From Phoronis australis (taxonomy: Eukaryota; Animalia; Phoronida): a stretch of DNA of 64,000 nt. The stretch lies in NCBI GenBank assembly GCA_002633005.1, contig NMRA01000615.1, forward strand, positions 183,176 through 247,175, given 5' to 3'. Both the position numbers and the translations under genes were made by a program. Under the pieces are notes generated by a model that was given only the letters and a program-made list of their open reading frames with translations, ran no database searches and had not been told where the DNA came from. Shown here piece after piece: positions 38,555 through 48,500 of the stretch (positions within the stretch are counted from its first letter, which is position 1; each line of letters starts with the position of its first letter).

Positions 38555-41500
38555 CTAGAAGTCCGGCACAAAGCCGCACCCAAGGCACAGTTTGGCCACA
38601 TCTCCATGTTCCGTCTTCTTCGGACAATTCTCCTGCCTCTCTTTGATCTCACACGGGACATCTACATGGGAACCATCACAGAAGGGCGGAGTTTTTGTGT
38701 ACTTGCACCCGCACAGGTAGTACTTGGACTGAACTTTGTCAGGCGCAATCTCGAACTTGTGTGATCGGAACGGAGTGCCTTTGTGGGACTCTGAAAGTTA
38801 CGTAAATCAATGTCATGAAAAAGAAAAACAAGAGCATGACAAGCACTGGTTAGTAGTACAATATCGCAAAACAGTGAATTACGTAGGTCGAATCAAGATA
38901 TTGTGGAATTTGCACACCCAGTTCTCACGAACATCAATGTTCAGTAAAACATTTTCATTTTCCAAAGGATTGCTACAGTGTACATGATTGTAAATGCTCA
39001 AAGCTTTATCAAACGTTACTTGATGACAGTCGTGCACAAAATGCACGGTAAAACGACATAGTTAACACTAATCTTTCTATAAATCTGATGAGCAAGTTTT
39101 GTTAAAACCAAATGTAACTTCTTCTAGCCTCAAGAACCTAGCGAGATCAAGATCCGTGTCCTCCACATCAACAACTAATCATTTAAAAACTGATTTTTTT
39201 ATTAAAATTTTTGGTTCTGACAACTACGCAATGAGAAACGGTCCTTTTTTAGCACAGTTTATGACATTTTGGACCCAACCAAAAAAAATCAAATACCAAA
39301 ATTAAGACTAACAGTATAATAATCCAGTCAGTTTTTACTTAGCCCTTTAAATTAGGGCCTGTATGTGACTAGACCCACGAGTAAGAGTTTGACACAGTTA
39401 TTGTTATGATCACAAACTTTGACCTTGGGGAAACCCTATAGTGTGGCCAGTGTTGAAAGAATGAGTACACATGGCACTATTGACGTCCTTTTTGTATTTA
39501 GCTAGCCTATGATGCAAAGCTCGAGTGGTCAAGCCAAGGTAAAACTCATGGTAATCCTTACAGTTCACCTGATAAACCGCATTATTTTACTACTTTATAC
39601 AGTGGAATGTTCGAACATATGAGCTGAAGTGGTGGAAGATAGCTGTTCGTTGCCAGATCCCATGTCATGCCCTGTGATGTGAAGTGACCATCCTGTTATG
39701 GTTTTTCGATTTGTTTTGGCTATTATACCCGAGGATGATATTTGCCAAATAATGAAACATCCTTATAAACATTACCACACCACCAGAAATCGCTTCGCAT
39801 TACATCCAGGTTCTCATTCACTCCATTGCATACGTTTACCACTAAAGCCCCATTTACATGATGGTGTGTATATTTACACCTGAGTGAATATTTCCTTACG
39901 TAAAACATGATTTGTCCTGATAAAATTATAAGTATTCCCATTCTGCCTCTTAGAGTATGTGCACATCCAGTGAAACCGTGGCATACAAAAGTCGTCGGTG
40001 AAAATCTCACGCTGCAGTAGCAGTTAAGACAGCGCTTAGACGAGCAGTAAATACCTTTATGCAATTTCCGATTCTCTGTCAGTAAAGCCAGGATTCGAAA
40101 CCGAGTTTCCCAAGCGGACTTCGGAGCTCAAACCACTGAGCCACATTGCCTACTGTCTCATCGAAACCTAGTTCATGCTACGAGTCATTCAGTTAATAAC
40201 AGAAGACTATCATGTGTCACAAGTGTAGAGTTCTCAAGGGGCAGACTGACATCTTTGTTGAAAAAGTGAGAGAGTTACCCAAGTACATGGAATATGCCAT
40301 AATGTGTTGCTTTTAAGGTAATGTGGGGCTGCTTCAGCATTAGTGAAATGCAAGAATTACAATCTCTGGACTGGCATTCTATGGTGGTATAATTTTCATG
40401 GTTAGTTGACCTCAAAAAGGATTTTTAAGATTGAAAAGGCGAGCATCACTATCCAGAGCGATTCCTAGCTACACAGTTGTCCCATACAACTACCACCTGG
40501 TTGGTTATTTGGTGAATATCCTTGCACCGGCTAGATTCATTATTCAACTTTACAAATGATTCAATGGCGGAAAATGAGAAATCAGAGTACTAACTTAAAG
40601 AAAGATAATGGTCCTGGTATGACAGTAATAAACCTCATCGGTAATGAATTTACCTTACACTGAATTTAGCAACTATTTCTTTTTTATTATGATAACACTT
40701 CTTATCACTTTAGAAAGAACATCCGTAAAGCAAATGTAATTAGGTGCATGGACTTGGTTTTCTGCTATTGACAAGCTGCTCAAGCCAACTTTTAGAGAGA
40801 AATGAATATTTGTGAATTCTATGTTAAGAATGACCTATTTGAGGCATAATTTTTTGGTTACTTTGGACAGCTTCAGGAGACTCAACAAGGTTGTTACGCA
40901 ATCAGAGGTTCATGAGTGAACCCTGAGTGAGACACCACTCAGAATCTAGCATTTGAACCTTCCAGTATAGTGCAAGTCTTCCCAACATTCCTCACCATCG
41001 CACCAGGGCTGCTTCTTGCTCAGTCCGCAGGTGCACCACTTGAGACGTTTTCCTGGCTCCAGATTCTCAACACAATATGGCCCATACTGTAATTAAATAA
41101 TGCAAACACCTTTAACAAGTTGGGTTACGTTAAATTGTGCACAAATACATAAACTGGTTCCTTTGAACCATCTGTCATACCCACACACCATGTAAACATG
41201 CTCAAAGATGTTCTGCTATTCAAGTGCCTTTTAAAAACAGTTAATGTGGTGATTAGCTGTATACTAAGTATACAGCTTTGCACTGATGTGGATAAAATCT
41301 GACAGAAAATTAGTGTCATTAAAAACTAAAGTCTTCCTTGAGTAAACTAAATTATTTAACGGTGCTGGAAAAAATGGCGTTTTACAGTTATTCTGCTGCT
41401 AAAGTTGTGGAGTGATCTTAAGCGTTGGCTTTCGGTGCCATGAAATATTTCGTCACCTATTGGCCAGTTTCTTTTTTTACCGATTCCTCAATCAACTGTT

Positions 41501-42359
41501 CTTCTTTCACAAGGCCGCATACATGTCACAACAAATTATTGGAACTGGTTTCACTTCATTATAAGTTCTTAGAATTTTGATACTGAAAAACCGAATTTCA
41601 GAATGTATAATTTTGCTGCTGCCAAGCTCTCGTGATCATCCCGGAGATGTCGCAAATTTTAGGAAATGGCGCGTGTGCGTCACACGACCGTACTGTTTTC
41701 AAAACGACGTCATACTTTTTTATTGTAAGAAAAGGCAGAGAGTTACACAAGAAAATGACGTTTATTGCATTGTTTTCTCACTTAAACGGCTGTAACGGGC
41801 AAGGTGAGTGTTGATTGATTCCCAGATTTTGCATTCACCTGTCCGGTCTTTAGCTTTACATGTTGATACAAGTTTCACGGCGAGGTGACGAGCAGAACTA
41901 CCCTGGCTGTGTGCAATTTCTGGGTCTACGGAAGAAATACACATACAGCAGTGCCAATGCAGTGGTACCTAGGCCTAGCTGTATTTTGATGACAGTCTTC
42001 ATACAGCTAGCTGGCTGGCTATGCATTCATGCGCATTTTTACAGTTTGTTTATAATTATGATCTAGTTTGCAGTGCAGTAGTTTTTCAATGAACAACCGA
42101 TCAAATCAAGAGTTGATCAAAACACTGTCGTTGATCAGACATGAGTGTGTCACGAGTGAACGACCAGTCCCGCAAACTCGGGTCAAAATGTGGAAGTAGA
42201 CACTACTTGCCAAGTTCATAATACCATTGTAGAATTCATATGATAATGTGTGTGCAGTAGTTACTCAAAACATTTCAAGCCAACCTGAGCAACAGAAGGA
42301 TAGATCTTCTCGTCGCCCGTGTGTTTTGGAACTTTCTTGGCCTCTTTGGATTCCGCCAT
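38555..42359 (-). CDS. CISD3: CDGSH iron-sulfur domain protein with two CDGSH motifs (CISD3/MiNT-like), 133 aa: exons 42359-42285, 41086-40996, 38790-38555
   Basis: MAESKEAKKVPKHTGDEKIYPSVAQ|YGPYCVENLEPGKRLKWCTCGLSKKQPWCD|ESHKGTPFRSHKFEIAPDKVQSKYYLCGCKYTKTPPFCDGSHVDVPCEIKERQENCPKKTEHGDVAKLCLGCGFVPDF*. Two C-x-C-x2-S/T-x3-P-x-C-D-x-S-H motifs; 402 nt in phase; minus-strand AATAAA near 38262. Family assignment is firm; strict orthology to CISD3 is not. Confidence 0.88.
39895..40150 (-). mobile_element. tRNA-derived SINE
   Basis: Reverse strand begins GGCAATGTGGCTCAGTGG (box A)...GGTTTCGAATCC (box B), followed by a non-tRNA body; no complete cloverleaf. Confidence 0.65.
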
Positions 42360-42579
42360 GACGCACGACTAACGCGTCCTCTGTTGTGGATAGGTGTAAA
42401 ATGCTCAAAATATAACTACTTTTTATTTGCAATGAGTGCTTTCATATGTAGAAATACAATATTGATAGAAAATGGTGTCAAAAAAGTCACAGGAATGTGT
42501 ATGCCAGTTTTTATTAATTTTACGCGTTCTCAGTAGCAGACGGCAGTTGGAGCACGCGCAGTCGTTACCAGGAACAAGT
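42360..42579. promoter_or_regulatory. Candidate bidirectional promoter between the CDGSH gene and UCHL5
   Basis: The divergent start codons at 42359 (-) and 42580 (+) are only 220 bp apart. Confidence 0.6.
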
Positions 42580-45500
42580 ATGGCTGCCGCCGGTGACTGG
42601 TGCTTGATAGAAAGTGACCCAGGCGTGTTCACTGAACTTATTCGAGGATTTGGTAGGGAAATATCCTTGAAATGTTAACGGCATGACATGCTGCTGTGCA
42701 GTCGTATTTTCATCACCTAAATATTCATTTCCGCTTTATAGAATGAGTGTGCCATAAGCCGTAATTGCCAACATTCGAAAATGAACAGACGAAAAAGCGG
42801 GATGTCAGGATTATTGATCTGATGGTCTGGTTGTGGTCCATGCCGCACGCGTGTGGGCTTATTTCGATCTTTGAGAACCTTCCTTGGTAACTGTTTACAA
42901 TATGACGACATTGACCAACACACGTGATTTTGGCATCATTCGATTCCTCGCAACGTTATCTTTCCAAAAATGTATGAATGTTTCCCCTACCGCGTTTCCT
43001 CCGTATTTTATCCTCGCATTTTGGTTCGCACTATTTCCTGGTTGACACCGCCATGTTAGCTCAACTCAAGATCACAACGTCACCTGTAGTTAATGAATGA
43101 AACAGCATCATCGATTCTGAATGGTATTTGCCCGCGCCGAGATTCCCACTAAAGTTTTCCTGACATAATATGGAGGACAAGTAGCAGCATTTCACCTTTT
43201 CTAATTTTTTTATAATTGTTGCCATTTGACCATTTTCCACAAAATTGTCTGAAGTAATACCCTTTTCACCAATTTGGACCTCGAAAACAACCTTCGCTTT
43301 TTTCGCAGATTCTAAACTAGCACATGCTATGAACATTCCCACTAAATAAAATTGGTTCTAACCCCAGTGGTTAAGGTAAACAGCGGGGTATGGAAAATTG
43401 AACTAGACCGTATTTATCCACCTTGGCTGAGTCGCACTCGGCTCACGATCAAAGGGATGCCGCCAGGCTGCTCTAGTCATCGAGTCACGAGCGAGGATAA
43501 TTGGCTTCGCTCATGCGGATATGATCAGCTGATTACAATCTAGCTAGCAGACTGTACTTTTTATGGTGAGAGTTTTACGTAGTTTTTACTGTAATATTTG
43601 AAAAGAGGAGCGAAAACAAATATGAGTACAACTTTGAATTTTTCAAATCGGCCCAGGATAAGAGATTTTGCAACACAGCANNNNNNNNNNNNNNNNNNNN
43701 NNNNNNNNNNNNNNNNNNNNNNNNNNNNNNNNNNNNNNNNNNNNNNNNNNNNNNNNNNNNNNNNNNNNNNNNNNNNNNNNNNNNNNNNNNNNNNNNNNNN
43801 NNNNNNNNNNNNNNNNNNNNNNNNNNNNNNNNNNNNNNNNNNNNNNNNNNNNNNNNNNNNNNNNNNNNNNNNNNNNNNNNNNNNNNNNNNNNNNNNNNNN
43901 NNNNNNNNNNNNNNNNNNNNNNNNNNNNNNNNNNNNNNNNNNNNNNNNNNNNNNNNNNNNNNNNNNNNNNNNNNNNNNNNNNNNNNNNNNNNNNNNNNNN
44001 NNNNNNNNNNNNNNNNNNNNNNNNNNNNNNNNNNNNNNNNNNNNNNNNNNNNNNNNNNNNNNNNNNNNNNNNNNNNNNNNNNNNNNNNNNNNNNNNNNNN
44101 NNNNNNNNNNNNNNNNNNNNNNNNNNNNNNNNNNNNNNNNNNNNNNNNNNNNNNNNNNNNNNNNNNNNNNNNNNNNNNNNNNNNNNNNNNNNNNNNNNNN
44201 NNNNNNNNNNAACCCTTGGGACCGTAACTGGGGCAGGGGATAGGCGGGTCTCGGTCAGTTTGAACTTCTGAAAAGTGACGATCTGCAGAAGACGGGGAAG
44301 ATTAGTTCAGTTTTTGACCGCCAGAGAACTCCTTCCATTCAACATGGCGGTATTACTACCGTGTACCGGGAAATAGCGCGAGAAGAAATTTCACGGTAAA
44401 ATACTAAGAGAATGGGGTAGGAAATTTTTCTGTGTTTTTTTTTAAAGATAAATTTGCAAGGAATTGGACGATACCAAAATCGTGTGTGTAAGTCAATGTC
44501 GTCATATTGTAAACAGTTACCCCTTCCTCTAATAATATGCACCATGAGTAAAAAAGGGAGTATTGTGACAGCTTACGCCTTTACTTTGTTACAATCAGAA
44601 TGGCGGGAAGTCTTTGAAACTCGCAATCTCTACATGGTGTCGTGGGGCGCAGGATTGTGTGCTTTGACCGTGGTCAGATAATGAATGACCCCAATCGAAG
44701 GTCAAGCAGCACCAAATCACAGTGGCTGACGCATACGTCACGTGAGATTATGACCCTTGCCAGACTATCCTGAGGTTAACGATGAACTAATGGCGTGCCT
44801 GTAGTGAACGCGGCCTGCAAGCAAGTTGTTCAGGATATTTTTGCCGGATCGCATTTACCGAGTTGAGGTTATGCTTGAATTGTTGATCCCTGGAGCCTGG
44901 AGGACATGCATTCCTTACCAAATAGCACTATAATTGGCCTCTCAAGCCTGTCCATTAATAGGGCAATTATAAGGGCCTTGCAATCTGAAAACATGTTTTT
45001 TAAACTGACTTTGAATTTCTTAGTATCTGTCTTATAAATTTTAAATACCACTGTAGCGATTTAACTTAATTAAATTTTATGTATATTTGGTATTTTTGGA
45101 CAAAAACATGTTTGATTTGGATTTTCTACCTCACTTTAATTTTCAAAAATTTTAGTTGAAGTTAAATTTAAAACTGCTTTACAAGTTACAAAAGAGGTAT
45201 GAAAATGTAACTGTACTTAACAGTGACTGTAAGTCATGCAATGTCTTCAAAAAAAATGCTTGTTCAAAGCCATAATTCACTCACAGTTTGAAACCTTATT
45301 GTTTTTATTTTGTATTGTCACTATCTAGTCAGAAATAGTTTACACAACTGCTAACCTCAACAAACTGAAGACTACCACATGACCTTTTTATATAGATGGC
45401 CATTTTATGTGCTCATCTGAGCCACAGGAGATACACAGTCCCTAACATAACAAGCCAGACTGTACGTCTTGACCTTAGAAGATCTAACCTGGGCAGCAGG

Positions 45501-48500
45501 AGGGACAACTGCATACCAAAACACAACAGAGGCCAAAGTCTTTTTAAGGACACTTCCAACTGTCATTTGTTTATTAATGACGGATGTCTTCTTTTTTTCA
45601 GGCTGCACTGGTGTACAAGTGGAAGAAATATGGAGCCTTGACAGTGACACCTTCAGGCATCTAAAGTAAATGCTAGTTAATTGATTTCATGTAAGCTGCA
45701 TTTTGCCCTGTTTAGGTGGCTACAACAAAAATCAAATTAGGCCTTTTGCTCTCATAGGAGTCTTCTCAAAATGTCCCTAAGTGTTATACGATCAGTGAAC
45801 TCAAGTCACTGACAGTACATACGTGCACCATTCTTGAATTAGCGATTTTATGGTTGCTGATCCCCCAGTAAACTTGGAAGTGTTCGTCAAGTCACTGATG
45901 GTTTTGATGCTCTTGTTATTTATGAAAATTGAATCATGTCACAGAAATGAAAGACCGATTCTATGAGAGTAAAATGCTAAATTGTTTTTGTTATTTAGTC
46001 TGCTAAATGGGCCAAAATGTAGAGCAGCACAGTTACTGTTACATTCTTGTCACTAATGTTTCTATGGAAATGGTCAAATGGTTAAGGGTAACAGAACATC
46101 ACCTTTTCTGAAGTTTTGATCTAGTTGTCATAAATAAGTGATGAAAGAAATGCAGAATACTTTTCAGTATGCAATATTGTTTGACCGCTGTCCTTTGTGA
46201 GCTTCACATGAATGATTGTCCTTTTAAGGCATGTATATGTACTCATTATTTTGTTGAATCCTTGTCCTTTGGAGGCCTGTGTATGAAACCTTAATCATGT
46301 CTAACCATTGTTCATTGTAGGCCCGTGCATGGGCTAATCTTCCTGTTCAAATGGGTGGCTGGTGATGAGCCTCAGGGCTCTGTCGTCGTGGACAACAGAC
46401 TAGACAAAATTTTCTTCGCTAAGCAGGTCTGTTTACTGGTTATATTGTAAATATACATCTCGTATCTAAAGGCTAGCATAGACAGAAAGATACGTGTCTC
46501 GAATGTTAATGATTGCAGCTCATACCTCATTTCTGAAATCAACCATGAGGATTTTGCCTCATGGGACGGTGAAGCGAATGTTTCACTCGTTGGATTTTAT
46601 GGTGAGTGTAAAACATCGTGATGTGCGAGTAAAGTGAGCTAAGTGCCTAGCCAATTACATTTGGCAGCCAGCAAAAATCAACAATTGCGTCACCTGACAA
46701 TAAAAAATTCATGGGTCGCTCATTGTGTCTGTGTGTAATACATTACTCTGCTGAGCCTAGATCATCTCTGTTGGGCAAGCGCTCTGAATACACGACCATA
46801 ATAGCGGGACTTTGTGCAGGTAATATCGTAAACCCTAGTCCGCATCTGTACTATAGTTGTTAGTGTATCTTATAGTTCTCTTCATTAACAGGTGATCAAC
46901 AACGCATGTGCAACTCAAGCCATCCTCAGCTTATTACTCAACTGCGATCATCCAGATGTCAGTTTGGGACCTACACTGTCAGACTTTAAAGAATTCTCAA
47001 GGAGTTTTGATCCTCAAGTGAGCTGACTTCTTTTGTGAGACTTAGTACCAGCATGGGCGGAACTAAAAGATCGCCCAATAAAGTGGCACTTTTTATTTGG
47101 ACTACTGAATGTTATGCTGAATTGAAAAAGGTTTGGTGACCATAATGTTTTCCCAATATAGTGTATTCTCAGTTTTTACTGGTTAGCTGCCGATTCAGAG
47201 GATTTCATCATCGGTGTTGCCGTCATTTTGCATTGTGGTACATTTGCCGGCTTGTAAACATCGGATGACATCACAGAAAACTTGGTGACGTGTAAACAAT
47301 ATTGTGTTGTTTTAACTGACAGCAATGGCACTACTCATGTTAGGATGATTATACACTCTCCATAGTACAAGTCTGGTATATTTGCCTGTATCCAGTGAAA
47401 CAAATTCTGCAGAATTGCCCAAAAGTGTGTGTTTTTTGTTACAGCTGAAGGGGCTGACACTGTCCAACTCTGATACTATCCGCCAGGTCCACAATAGTTT
47501 TGCCAGGTAGGCGTTTGTTTGGTTATGGCTGTGCAAAGTTTATGAGCACCGATTCTTCACCTGTTTAGTGTGCAGCATGGCTGATGCAAATAAAGATTTA
47601 GAAATTTGTTGATAACTGGCATGGGCTGTACTGTGTATACGTTATAAAACAACTCGTTGCCCTCATTTGCAGCTCAGTAATCAGCCTTTGAAAAATGTAA
47701 AAGTGTCAATTTTCGTATTAAATTATGTTTATGCATAATAGATGGAGAATTCGTCCTTGTTGTGACGATTGCTACTATTTGCTGTGTTCGTGAGCTTCAC
47801 CTGCTTACTGTTGTTGCTTTTTGCATTGCAACTTGAGAATACACAAGTCATGTACTTGTGTGATGGCTTGCTTGGTTTTGCATCTGACACTTTTCTAATA
47901 CCTATGCAGTAATAAGTCAGTTGTTGTTAGTCATTATCACACTCGTGAAAATAATAACCAGTCAAGCTTTCCGTCTAGATGCTCAGATTTTTATCAATTT
48001 TGGGATTACAGTGCAAGCCTGGCTCTGTTTATTTATTGTAATATTTACAATGAGGGTAGCTCAATCAGTTCTCACTGTTGACGCTGCAGTGTTAATATTT
48101 AAGTGGTAATTATCAATTATTTTCTCTGGTGTTTTTTTTTTGGTTTTGTCGTAAGATTATCTAACTCCAGGTGACCTGAACTTGTCTTAGGCTTGAAATT
48201 TTCTTTTGAAATATTCTGCATGTCTTAAAAAGGGGATTATTGATTTTATGGTGAAAAGCACATTTTCCGAATCATTGTTGGAGGTGATAGACTTACCTTC
48301 TTACAGAGCTATAAAACATCAAAAATCGTTCGTTTTTTTGATTTTATTACAAATTGACAATTCTCGCCATTATTTGCCAGACATCAGCTGAAATCGAGGA
48401 TGATGAATCCATTAGTTACATACGCTTACAGTACTCTGATTATTTATGGAGGGTGGTATAACTCCACCAGCAGAGCTTGAGACTGCGGCCACAGAGGTTC

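Noticed and set aside
40080-40150. tRNA gene candidates (also about 48470 and 50790)
   Set aside because: Only A/B boxes are present, with no complete cloverleaf; better explained as SINE heads.
42661-42669. ATATCCTTG, resembling a U12 AT-AC 5' splice site, 8 nt after the UCHL5 exon 1 donor
   Set aside because: There is no TCCTTAAC branch site or AC acceptor near exon 2, and the GT-AG junction already gives the conserved protein.
43598-44243. Long ORFs of 191-209 aa (also 57289-57783)
   Set aside because: Artefacts of translating N gaps.
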